Assembly (NCBI GenBank): GCA_951406725.2
Contig: OX597826.1
Coordinates: forward strand, 36,704,001 to 36,768,000
Direction: 5' to 3'
Origin: Octopus vulgaris
Taxonomy: Eukaryota
Length of the DNA stretch: 64,000 bases
The position numbers and the translations under genes were made by a program. Below the pieces are notes generated by a model. It was not told where the DNA came from. It did not search any database and was given only the letters and a program-made list of their open reading frames with translations. Numbering within the stretch: position 1 is the stretch's first letter; each line of letters starts with the position of its first letter. This document shows positions 39,391-53,413 of the stretch, in pieces.

Positions 39391-40172
39391 TCATGATTAT
39401 AGTTTAACGTCCGTTTTCCATGCTACCATGGGTTGGACGGTTTGACTGGGGTCTGGGAAGCCAGGAGGCTGCACCAGACACCAGTCTGAACTGGCAGTAT
39501 TTCTGCAGCTGGATGCCCTTCCTAACGCCAACCAGTCCGTGAGTGTAGGGGGTGCTTTTCACGTGCCACCAGCACAAGGGCCAGAGGAGGCTGCCAACAG
39601 CCACGATCGGTTGGTTATTTTTACGTGCCACCGGCACGGAAGCCAGTCAAGGTGGCGCTAGCATTGATTTTCATTTTGATGTTGATGTACTTGACTTAAT
39701 AGGTCTTCTCAAGTAAGGCAGGTCGCCCTACGATCCAAAGTACTTTTGAATGGGCTGGGGCTGGTTATGCGAAACTGGTGTAGAATAGAGCGTGAACTCA
39801 CTTTATTTGTCGGGTCTTCGCAGTCACAGCATATGTCCAGAGGTCTTGGTCTTTCCGCATTGCCTCTGTGAGGCCCAATGTTCGAAGGTCATGCTTCACC
39901 ATCTCATCCCATGTCTTCCTGGGTCTACCTCTACCCCGGATTCCTTCAACTGTTTGGGAGCGGCACTTCTTCACACATCTCTCCTCATCCATCCATAGTA
40001 CATGACCATACCAGCGCAAACGTCTCTCTTGCACGTCACATCCGATGCTTCTTATGTCCAGCATTTCTCTCAGGGTGTTTTCTATCTGCCATGTGTGCAC
40101 ACTGACATAACACATCCAGTGGATCATGCTAGTTTCATTTCTTTCGAGCCTACGCAGGTCCTCCGCAGTCAC
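39388..40172 (-). mobile_element. 5'-truncated RTE (BovB-like) LINE: ORF2 C-terminus, 3' UTR (family A) and short ATG tail
   Basis: LRRLERNETSMIHWMC...QERRLRWYGHVLWMDEERCVKK...GRGRPRKTWDEMVKHDL, stop at 39798; the UTR continues directly into family A sequence. Confidence 0.92.
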
Positions 40173-40233
40173 GACTCCAAAATATAAAATGGTGACAGTT
40201 TCCCCATCACACCCTGTACATAAATAAATCAAT

Positions 40234-40284
<51 letters not shown>

Positions 40285-40406
40285 CACACATATATATATA
40301 TATGCATATATATTTGTTCAGTGCATGCTAATATGGAAATTGAATGTAAAGCTTTGATGATGATCATGGGCATACACACAAACACACAGATACAATCACT
40401 CAGACA

Positions 40407-40457
<51 letters not shown>

Positions 40458-40514
40458 AGATGCACACACATACACACACATTTATTGGCTTTGAACTTTG
40501 GCATTTGGAAAAAA

Positions 40515-40690
40515 AAATTCAGGGATGGTGACAAATCAATTATATCGATACCAGTGCTCAACTGATACTTATTCTATCGACATCGAAAGGATGAAAAGCA
40601 AAATCACCGTTGCCGGAATTCGAACCCATAGCATGAAGATGGAGGAAATGCCTCCAAACATTTTGACCAGCATGCACACAATTCTGACTC
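40515..40690 (-). mobile_element. SINE family C, diverged
   Basis: gatacttattctatcgacatcgaaaggatgaaaagcaaaatcaccgttgccggaattcgaac. Confidence 0.7.
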
Positions 40691-41447
40691 ACGTATATAT
40701 TAATAGAATTGTTTGGGAAGGTTAAAAAACCCACAAACATTCGCTGCACAAAACACTTAATTGTGGTGAAAGAGAGAAATATTAATAAATTTTTAAGTCA
40801 CATTGAAATTGTGTTTGTGTGTGTGTGTGGTGCATGGTATGTGTTCATATGTGTTTGTGCATGTCTCTGGACATGTGAACGATGGAGGGAGAGATATAGA
40901 TATTAACTAGAAGAAATATCTATAATAACTACATCTCCACTCGTTCTCTTCCCTTCGTTAGATGAGGATGATATTTTCCTGTAGACACGCTGCTGACTAA
41001 AGCGTCAACACAATGAAATAAAGGCATACATGCTCATGTGAAAATATACACATGTACATACATGTAAATATTAAACCCCACCACATGTTCTTATATATAC
41101 ATATATAGTAAGTATTTATACATGTATCTCTCGCCCTCTCTCTCTTCTGTTTGATTCTCTTCCTCTCTCTCTTCTGCTTGTCTGTCTCTCTTTCTCTCTC
41201 CCTCTCTCAATATATTTGTATATGTATATCTGTATATATATATATATGCACACACATATATATGTGTATATGTATATATGTGTAATATATATATATATAC
41301 TATATATATGTGTGTGTATGCATATATATGTATATATGCATATATATATGCATATAAATATGTATATATGTATATATATATGAGTGTGTGTATGTATATA
41401 TATATATATGTACATATATATGAGTGTGAGTACATATATATGAGTGC

Positions 41448-41510
<63 letters not shown>

Positions 41511-42462
41511 AACATGCCTACATAAACAGATATATAGAATGCATAGACATGTGTATTTCTGTGTTACTCAGTACATTAAATTAAGAAAAAATAATTAATT
41601 GTATACATACATATAGGCATATATACATATGTACAAATATATTTATACACACATACACATACACCCATACACGCACATATACATAAACATATATATTTCA
41701 AAGTTTTACCTTCTGCTGTAGTCGTATGATATAATTTTAACTTCGTCATGTATTATTTAATAGGATAAACATTTTTAAGTGCTAAATGCCTCAAGGGCAC
41801 CAATGCCTGAGGCTTGTCCATTGATAATTCCTCAAAATTTAATAAATATTCTGGCTTTAATTACTGCCTATTTATTGGAAATGTAAAGCTAAAAGAGTGA
41901 AAAAATAGCTCCAAAGTATATATATAAAAAAAACGTTCTCTGAAATAACAAAGAGAAAAAGAAATTGTGTTATGTCAAGCTTAATAATTCAAAGAACAGC
42001 CTAAAGAATTACATCCAAAATTTTTTGCAGAAAATTTTCATTGTCCGCAGTAAACAACCAAAGTTATTGAGGATTAATTCTAAATTTGGATAAATTCTTT
42101 TCTAGAAGTGATTTTGATAGATGTTAATGTTTTGGTGCTGGAATTGTTAAGAATGTTTTATGGAGAAGTGGTGCTGATTTACTTGACGAAGTAAATTAAT
42201 TGATTATTATTTTAGATTCTTGCTGTTTACACTTGAAACATTTAAGTGCTTTCGATGTTATATATTTAGACTGTTTCAATTGATAAAAGTATAGCTGCAA
42301 ATAATGGTGGAGAAGAATTACACAGATATGCCATCTGCATGGATAAAACATAGTTAAACTTGAGTCAATCTACTTCATCTAGTGAGACAGACATTTTGAA
42401 TTCATTAAAATTGCACGTGGCATAATTATAATGGAGAGGCCATTTTTTAATATTTTACCAAC

Positions 42463-42775
42463 TGGCACTGTCTCAATTATGACGATGAGTATTCACGTTG
42501 ATCCAGTCAAGAGAGCTGACTCCAATCAAATGACTGAACACTCTACGGACACATGTACCCTTAACATAATTCTTAGGGAAATTCAGCATAACAAAGAGTA
42601 TGACGAAACTGGTCCCTTAAAATACAGGTACTACTCATTTTTCCCTGCTGGGTGAACTAGAGCAACGTGAAATAAAGAGCCTTGCTCAAGGACACAATGC
42701 CCTGCTAGGAATTGAACTCATGACCTTATGATCATGAACCGAATACTCTAACCACTAAGCCTTGCACCTTCACAG
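42463..42775 (-). mobile_element. SINE family D, near full length with tRNA-like head
   Basis: Minus strand: ggcttagtggttagagtattcgg...gagttcaattcc...tgtgtccttgagcaagg. Confidence 0.85.
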
Positions 42776-43094
42776 GCGCCCTGGAGACGTCATAGCTATA
42801 GGCAAGATGAAGTTCCTGGTTCAATTCCATTGCATGGCACTTTCTGCTATAGCCCCAAACAGATCAATGCCTTATGTGTGAAACTTGAAGATGGGAACTG
42901 AGAGGATTCTCATATATACATATATGAATATATGCTTACATATATGTGCATATGTATGTGTTTGTGTGTGTATGTGTGTGTGCGTGCATAGATATACATA
43001 TACATATATATATATATTGTACAAAGTAAGATAGGGGTTATGAGAGTAACCCACTATGGGATATCAGATATCCAATATACTACTTGTGAAGTAC

Positions 43095-43157
<63 letters not shown>

Positions 43158-44694
43158 ACAAGAAATAATATTTGTCTCTTTCTATCGAAACAAAAGGATT
43201 TATAGGGCTGCAAAAGAAGTGCTCAAATATAGATGAGTTGAAGATAAAGAAGCATTGGTTATAGAACAACATTAATTTTGGGTCAACGACTTTTTTCGTG
43301 CAACACCACTCCTCAAAGATTTAATCATATATAAAAATCACCATGGCTTTCAAACACATAAAAAAATATATATACATAAAATCATAGAAGGTAAAAATAT
43401 ATAATTGAATAAAATACAATTAGAACTGCCAATCAAAAAGTTAAATATACACGACTAAAAATTCATGAACTACCAAAAAAACCCTAATCGACATATATAA
43501 AATAAATAAAGATAAAAATAAAATAAAATTAAATAAACGTCCACTGACTAAAAAAGTTTTATTAGGCGATTACAATATTTAGAAATATATATAACTGTAT
43601 ATGTGTGAATGCCACTTCCATATGTTGTCATTAACATCACCGGTACAAATAAATAAATTCTTTGCCTTGCCAATAAATAAATAAATTGTCAAATGGGGAC
43701 GTAATTACTGGTTTCGTTTTCAATGTTTGAAACCAGGAGACATTGAGAAATACCTTAGTTTGAAAAAAGCAAGTGGGAGCAACAAGAAGGGCATCTGGTT
43801 GTAAAATACAACCTCGAATAAAAGTTCGTCCAAGCAAGGTTAGATTAGAAGAAAATCAAATTGAAAACAAACGACTGAATGAGCGATCAACGACTTAACG
43901 AATTTACCACTCTCGATTTCTCCTTTTTTTTATGAAACTGAAACAAAAAAAATGCAAAGCAAATTTGGTTTCTGCTTTGGAAAAACTATAAGAACATTCT
44001 ATGAGATATCTTGCAGTATTTATTCCAGGCCTTTGTATTTTGCTTTTAAAGCCCACCATGGTCATTACTGATAGAAAGGGTAGTAACAGACCAAGGTGTG
44101 CACTAGACTTTTAGCATCAACTCATTATCATTTTTAAATAACCTCATTTTGTTGATCTAATTCATATAAAAAATGTATTCTTTTACCAATATTAACCTCA
44201 TACTCAAACCTGAAAATAAAAACATTTTATCTTAATTCTTTTCAAAGACAAGTAATTCTAGAATAGTTTTCTTTTCCATTGAAAGCCATCTTTTTACATT
44301 ATAGGCTTAGTAATATGTAGAAATTAATCTAAAGCTAGGAAGTTGTGTGAAGATTATCTGTTTTGATATGAAGTATTGCAAGGTTTCTTGTGTGATGTGG
44401 GTGTCATGGTAAATAAGATGATGGTGAGTGAAGACTAAGTTATAGAAATGCTCGATGTAGTACCGGTCATTATTTAAATGTCTTCCATCAAGTTGAGAAG
44501 CTTCAAAGACAACCTGAGTACTGCTTTCATATGTTTTCAGTACAATTCTGTGTTTCATTTATAGGAACCTCCAAATAAATGGAGTTAAATACTCTAAAAA
44601 TAAGTGTTTACACGTTTCTTTCATATTTCTGTTATTTCTGAGTTATTTACATTAAGACTTGGTTAATGTTACATCAATTTAATGACATGTCCCA

Positions 44695-44920
<226 letters not shown>

Positions 44921-44923
<3 letters not shown>

Positions 44924-45008
44924 GCTGCTTTCTTCCAAGGAATCTAATGCTTTTAGCTTAGTTTTTCCATGGGGTAGGCCAGATTGGAGCAATCTCGAGT
45001 ATAATCAC
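44921..45008. mobile_element. Unclassified (TA)n-adjacent repeat, inverted relative to 47821-47910
   Basis: ttcgctgctttcttccaaggaatctaatgcttttagcttagtttttcc is the reverse complement of ggaaaaactaagctaagagcactagattccttggaagaaagtagcgaa. Confidence 0.7.
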
Positions 45009-45052
45009 ATACACCTCCCTTTCTCTCTTTCTCTCCCCCCTCTCGCTCTCTG

Positions 45053-45375
45053 TGGAACTCTATCAGGTTCAACAACATGCATTCCAGTTGACCCACAATC
45101 AACGGAAGAGCCTCCTTGTGAAATTAATGTGCAAATGGCTGAGTACTCCACAGACACACGTACCCTTAATATAGTTTACAGAGAGATTCAGTGTGACACA
45201 GAATGCGACAAGACTGCCCCCTCTCCACCCATTTGAAATACAAGTGCTACTCATATTTGCCTGCCGAGTGAACTGGTGCAATATGAAATAAAGTGTCTGG
45301 CTTACAATGCACATCTGAGAATTGAAGTCACGACATTGTGATCGTAAGCTGAATACCCTAACCACCAAGCCGTAC
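45053..45375 (-). mobile_element. SINE family D
   Basis: gtgaaattaatgtgcaaatggctgagtactccacagacacacgtacccttaa... Confidence 0.85.
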
Positions 45376-45384
45376 TCTTTCACA

Positions 45385-45772
45385 GACATACACACACATA
45401 CATACACACATACATACATACACACATACATACACACATGCATACAGCACTCATACATACATTCACACATATATACATACACACATACATGCACACATAC
45501 ATACACACACATATGTACATACATACATGCATACATACATATACACACACATACGTACACATACACACACATACATAAATACATACATACATACACATGC
45601 ACACATACACATACATACATACACATGCACACATACACATACATACATACATGCATACATACATACACACATACATACGTATACATACATACACACATAC
45701 ATACATAAATACATACATACACACATACACATACATACACACACATACATGCATGCATGCATACATACATAT
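45385..45772. repeat. (CATA)n/(CA)n microsatellite
   Basis: Direct reading. Confidence 0.95.
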
Positions 45773-46421
45773 AGCATAGATGAATGGATGGTTCTTCATT
45801 TGGTTCGATGATGAGGACTCAGTTGTCCAATCAACTTATATAAGTGGCTGAGTATTCCACAGACACTGTGTACCCTTAATGTAAATCTGAAACGGACTCA
45901 GCCTGACACAAGGGCTAAAAGGGCCGTACCTTTAAATCCTAGGTACAATCCACTTGATTGACTTCTAAACAGTTTCTAATCTCTTTAATTTCACTCACAA
46001 AATATGAAGTCAATCCTAGGCCATAGACTTTTGTCTAAGATGCCATTTACTGGATTTGAACCTGGGATCAGATGTTTGTAAAATGGACTTCTTACCTATT
46101 CTTCTAAACTACACCTAGACATCACATACTATACATATTTTCAATACATAATATAACACCGTGTAACGCAACTTTTCTCCTTGGGAAGAAACCATTATTT
46201 CCTATTTGCTTAGCCTAGAAAGTATGAAAAATGGCAAATAATTTGGAGTAAAGATTGTTTGCCAACATAACATGGCAGTCCTGGTTTAGGACAAATGTTG
46301 CTGTAATTTAGCTCCAGGCGACATCGTCTCCAGCTGGCTATACGACACGATCTGTGTCCTTATATTTTCGAACAAGGGAAAAAAATATAAGGACACTTCT
46401 GTATCTGTTTCTCTACTCTTT

Positions 46422-46485
<64 letters not shown>

Positions 46486-46521
46486 TTTCTTTCTTTCTTT
46501 CTTTCTTGTTTTCTTTCTTTC

Positions 46522-46572
<51 letters not shown>

Positions 46573-46753
46573 GTCTTCGTCACACTGCCTTCACCGTCTC
46601 TATGCCTACTGTTACTCTCACCCCATCATGAGGAATAGTATGAGTGTCATCGAATAGTGAGAGACGAAGTCTACGTGTGACACACTGACATACAGAAATT
46701 AGTTTTCACATTTATTATATTATATTATACCATACCATATATATATATATATA

Positions 46754-46988
46754 CAGTAATACCTCACCATATCGTGGTTCACTTATCACGGTTTATTATT
46801 TCATAATTTCAGCTTAAGTTGATTCCCCTGTGGTGTTGTTTTGCATTTATAATAAAATAAATATATGCAGATTAGAAAAAAATAATTTAAAAATATACAG
46901 TACTGTACTGTTTCTATTTCGCAGATTTTGAACTATCGCAGGGGGTTTCAAAATGTAACACCAATGATATATCAAAGCAATGATTCTA
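46754..46988. mobile_element. pogo/Tigger-like MITE, degenerate
   Basis: TA then cagtaatacctcaccatatcgtggttcac...; 3' part ttcgcagattttgaactatcgcaggggg... Confidence 0.5.
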
Positions 46989-46997
46989 ACGATTAGG

Positions 46998-47195
46998 TGA
47001 TGAGCTGGCAGAAATGTTAGCATGCCACACAAAATGCATAGCAGTATTTCGTCTGTCTTTATGGTCTAAGTTCAAAATCTGCCGAAGTTGACTCTGCCTT
47101 TCATCCTTCTAGGGTCGATAAATTAAGTACCAGATCTAATCGACTAACCACCACCTCAAAAATTGTGGGCCTTGTGCCTAGAGTAGAAAAGAATA
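46998..47195 (+). mobile_element. SINE family C
   Basis: gagctggcagaaatgttagc...gttgactctgcctttcatccttctagggtcgataaattaagtacca...gccttgtgcctagagtagaaaag. Confidence 0.85.
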
Positions 47196-47577
47196 ATTAT
47201 AACGATAGAGAATATGGAGTTGGTAGATCCTCAAAATTTATTTCCTTTTATTTTGCAGTGTCATAGAGCATATTTTTATGGTTACAATATTCTATATTGT
47301 GAAATAAAAGAAAATAAATTGTAAGGCTGTACCGGTCTTCATATTTTCTGTTGTTATAATTATTGATAATATACACTCCAGATAAAATTACCGTCCAGCA
47401 AAGAAAACATGGAATTACCAATTGGAGGAATTTACACTATGAATACAATTAATAGTAGTCATAGATGTTAAATACTACCAATGTAGTTAGCCATAAACTG
47501 GAACATACCCGAGAGCTACCATGTTATCCATCCAGATAATATATCCCTCTAAACTAATATTAAATTCATTAATTATA

Positions 47578-48080
<503 letters not shown>

Positions 48081-48397
48081 TGTATATATATATATATATA
48101 TACATATAAACACACACACAAACGCACACACACACGCACACACATACACGCACACACACACATATATATATACACACATAAATACACAAACATATATATG
48201 TATGTATAGACGATAGGCTTCTTTCAGCTTCTGTCTACCAAATGTATTCAAAACGTCTTGGTCAACCTCGGGCTATAGCAGAACCCACTTACCCAAGCTG
48301 CCATACAGTTGGACTGAACTCCAAAACAATGTGGTTGGGAACCAACATCTTATCGCACAACTACAGCAATATATTACGATGACATTGAAGACAACAC

Positions 48398-48429
<32 letters not shown>

Positions 48430-48629
48430 TCGATCACAACATTGGCAAAAACTCTGTTCATTTTTCAATATGGTATTTATTTGAGGAAGGTCAAGTGTGA
48501 AATATTTAATTACCCATTTATGACTTGGAGTTATCTTTAAGCTGAATATCACCAGAAAATATGCATGCTATTGAGTATAGCCACATGTTCTATTTTCTTC
48601 TTATGAAAATTAAAAGTAAAATAATAATG

Positions 48630-48699
<70 letters not shown>

Positions 48700-49194
48700 T
48701 AATAATCATCATAAATTTTCAATATTGATGTATCTGACAGTGAATAACGTTGCAGGCGTAATATTTTCTGGATAAAGTTGTCCCAAATTAGTAACTGCCT
48801 CGGCAAAAGAAGCAACTTTTAATGTGAACAGAAAATCTAAAATATATACTTTAAAGATGTAGGAATCAATTTAAAATCTAGCAGCAATGTTCTGAATAAA
48901 GACCAAAGATATTTATAGATTTTTTCACTCTTCCAGAATGCTTTAATCTATATATAATAGCATATTGATACCAGATGAGAATCCAAAAGACTGCTGTTGT
49001 TAGACAAGCCAAAATGTCACCTAAATTTCAAGGAATCTTTTATGAATATTGTTGTCATTGTTATTGTTGTTTAGCTCAGGGGTACCCAACTCATTTTCCT
49101 TTGTGGACCAGCTTGAAGCATAAAATAAATAATTTAGTCTTGATTGGAATAATTATTCCTAGCAACCCAACTTTTAATGTAAATTAAAATATAT

Positions 49195-49569
49195 ACTCTC
49201 TTTTACTCTTTTACTTGTTTCAGTCATTTTGACTGCGGCCATGCTGGAGCACCGCCTTTACCTCGGGACTTATTCCTTGTAAGCCCAGTACTTATTCTAT
49301 CGGTCTCTTTTGCCGAACCGCTAGTTGACGGGGACATAAACACACCAGCATCGGTTGTCAAGCAATGCTAGGGGGACAAACACAGACACACAAACATACA
49401 CGCACACATATATACGACGGGCTTCTTTCAGTTTCCGTCAACCAAATCCACTCACAAGGCTTTGGTCGGCCCGAGGCTATAGTAGAAGACACTTGCCCAA
49501 GGTGCCACGCAGTGGGACTGAACCCGGATCCACGTTAGCAAGCTACTTACCACACAGCCAATCCTGCGT
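49195..49569 (-). mobile_element. SINE family B, young and near full length
   Basis: Close reverse complement of 35271-35680, including the ttttactc tail repeats. Confidence 0.92.
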
Positions 49570-50394
49570 CTATATGGATAAAAACTTTTCATTCAACCTG
49601 GTATATGCGTGGATGCAGGCATACTCCTGTTGTTTTATTTAAGATGGTTAATTCCAAGTCATTATGTGCTGAGGTCCCCGGTTCAAACCCACGCCATGGC
49701 AAAGCAGGCAAGAGTTTGTTGCTGTAGATTGGGGCTGACTAAAGTTATGTCAGTGAAAATACGGTGACCAGAGAGATAGAAACCGTAAGGAAGCCTTTTG
49801 AATGGATAGCACATTCTCTGTCATATATTTTCACACTAATTTTCACTGAGAATAACTTTATAGATGGCTGTGGAAAACTTGACTACCTACACTCCATTAA
49901 GTAGGAAGTGTAACCGGTTGGGGAAAGAAATCAGAATGCTTGCTCTTCATAGAAACTGATGAGAATTCATTTGCTTTCTGATTATTTCTATATGCGAGAA
50001 TAGTGAGAGAAAGAAAATTACAGTGAGGTGAAGAGGGGAGAGAGGAGTGAGAGGAGAGAGTGAACAGTGAACAGATGCATAGTAAATATTTTAACATTTC
50101 TACATCTAGACATATGGAGAAATAAGAAACAATGTTGGAAGTTACGTTATGTACAGTTATATCACTTTGTATGTGTATGCATATAAGTACATACATGTAT
50201 GTATGAGTGTGTGCACACGTATATGTATATGTGAGTCAGTGTGTCTATGTTGTGCGTGTATATATATATATATATATATGTATAAATATATATATATATA
50301 TGTAAATAAATATATACTCTATATGGATATGTATGTTTGTGTCCCCCCCATATATATGTATTATATATATGTACACACACATACGTGTATTTAT

Positions 50395-50610
<216 letters not shown>

Positions 50611-51251
50611 ATATACATACGATATGCATGTATATACATGTATATATATTCAAGCTTTTACCGTTTATTAATCTATATGATTATAATGTAGGACTCTGTT
50701 ACTGTTACCACAAACAACACAATCTCATTAATGACAGCTAACATATTTTTTTAACAATGTGGTGTTGACGAAAGGCTGTCAAAATGAAATCCCAGTAGGT
50801 TGTCCCAGTAGGACGTGAGGAAAAGTGCATGAGTTAGTAAAAACGAAAAAAAAAAATAAATAACTAAATAAATAAATAAATAAACATAAAACTGCAGCAG
50901 CAATTATTTCTCCGATCGATTTATCAATCCATTCCGCAGCTTCTGCTACCAGTGCACTTTACAACCTCCAGGGAATATTACAGCCAAATGGATGTTTTGA
51001 CAGATTTTGGTGTCATAAAAACCGAATAGTAAAAACTATGTAAAAAAAAGGAAAAACGAAATAAATAAATATTTTTCCCCTTCAATGGGTGGGTTTATGA
51101 TGATAAAAACAAAAGGTAGAAAAATAGTAATAATAACGACGTCGCCGCCGACGACAACGACGACGATGATGATGATGATGATGATGACGACGATGATGAA
51201 TATGATGATGATGATGATGTTAATGATGATGATGATGATGATGATGATGAC

Positions 51252-51283
<32 letters not shown>

Positions 51284-51567
51284 GAAGAAGAAGAGCAGCA
51301 ACAACAACTACAACAATAGCAGAGCTGCAGCAAATGCAACAGCATCACTAATAATAGTTATATATTCAAGAAAGGGGATAAAAAAAAAGATATGTATAGC
51401 AACGATAGAAAATTGTCTCCAGATATTTGCTACTGTCAACAGCTGTCCCTGGAATAAAACCGGCAGACCATGGCTTGATTTATGATAAAGGGACTGAATG
51501 CAGCGTATTATGTGGGATGTGCGTGTGATTTATGAAAATGTTGTTAAATCCTGTAACTACAACCTGA

Positions 51568-51585
51568 ATAATTAATAATAATAAC

Positions 51586-51646
<61 letters not shown>

Positions 51647-51793
51647 GTAATAATAATGATAATGATAATAATAATAATAATGATAATAATAATAATAATA
51701 ATAATAATAATAGTAATAATAATAATAATAATAATAATAGTAATAATAATAATAATAATGATGATAATAATAATAATAATAATGATAATAATA

Positions 51794-51824
<31 letters not shown>

Positions 51825-51880
51825 TAGTAATAATAATAATAATAATAATGATAACAAAGACAATAATCATAATAATAATC

Positions 51881-51913
<33 letters not shown>

Positions 51914-51922
51914 GTAATAATA

Positions 51923-51995
<73 letters not shown>

Positions 51996-52153
51996 TAACA
52001 AAAACAATAATGATAATAATAATAATGATAATGATAATAATAATGATAATGATGATAATAATAATAATGATAATAATAATAATAATGATAATAATAATAG
52101 TAGTAATAATAATTATAATAATAATAATAATGGTGATGATGATAATAATAATG

Positions 52154-52187
<34 letters not shown>

Positions 52188-52262
52188 TAATAATAATATT
52201 AATGATAACAATAACAATAATCATAATAATAATAATGATAATGATAATAATAATAATGATAA
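51568..52262. repeat. (AAT)n array of about 690 bp with GAT/AGT/AAC variants
   Basis: Direct reading. Confidence 0.95.
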
Positions 52263-52490
52263 TTCCTGCACCAATGTCTTCTCACTGTCTCACAAACCTA
52301 CATCGTTTCAAATCTATTTTCAAATTCTAATATTCATGACATTCCATTGCACTCAACTCATGCGTACAAAACACCCTGTAGTGATGCTATTAAAGCTATA
52401 TTTCATACGAGACCTGGAACTGTAACGCAAAATTCCCATCACATATGCATAATTTATAAATTTAGCTTTACTACTGTAACAACAACAGCA

Positions 52491-52555
<65 letters not shown>

Positions 52556-53190
52556 CGCAACGTCATATCAATATTTGCAGTCAAACCATTTAGCATTGGT
52601 CTAAGCATAAGGGAAACTAGAAAATGTCTAAATGAAATTAGAATATAAAACAGTGTGATAATTTTTTTTTTATTAGCAAAATACGTCACCTGATATTTCG
52701 GCATGAAAATTCCAATCTCAAAATTTGAAAGAAAATTAGCAAAATTCAAAATGTCTTCAGTGTTCTCGATACATTGCTTCCGCTGCTAAATATATTCCTT
52801 AGTCATCACAATCTTCCTCTCAAGCCAAACTCGATGAGAAAATCCCTAAACTAACTGGACTGAGATGATATGCTTCAGCAATCAACATCTTGCTTCGTGT
52901 TAAGCAGAGCAGTAAAGGCTTTTGCTAACGATCTCATTTTGGTCACTTAAAGACATAAATTTGAATCAGAGTTGACAAATAATGATTTTTCTTGTCCTTT
53001 TAACCTCATTATTCTCGCCTGACTTAACAAGAATATGTAATAAAATAATATGTATTTTATTATTGCAGTAACATAAAATTGAAAAACTATAAAAACTTTA
53101 ACATTTTCCTGTATAAAGTATGGCCAGTCTCTTTCACTCTCCCCCTTCTCTCTCTTATACACACACAAACTTATATACCGGTATATAACC

Positions 53191-53413
53191 CTGGCAGAAA
53201 CGTTAGCACGCCGGGCGAAATGCTTTGCGGTATTTCGTCTGCCGTTACGTTCTGAGTTCAAATTCCGCCGAGGTCGACTTTGCCTTTCATCCTTTCGGGG
53301 TCGATAAATTAAAGTACCAGTTACGCACTGGGGTCGATGTAATCGACTTAATACCTATGTCTGTCCTTGTTTGTCCCCTCTATGTTTAGCCCCTTGTGGG
53401 TAATAAAGAAATA
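53191..53413 (+). mobile_element. SINE family C, young copy with TSD
   Basis: ctggcagaaacgttagcacgccgggcg...gagttcaaattcc (B-box-like)...gcctttcatcctttcggggtcgataaatt; 14-bp direct repeat ggtatataaccctg at 53180-53193 and 53414-53427. Confidence 0.92.

Noticed and set aside
49077-49115. caggggtacccaactc as a hAT-MITE terminus
   Set aside because: No matching second TIR or 8-bp TSD found
51480-52330. Poly-Ile/Leu membrane-protein-like ORFs
   Set aside because: (AAT)n array
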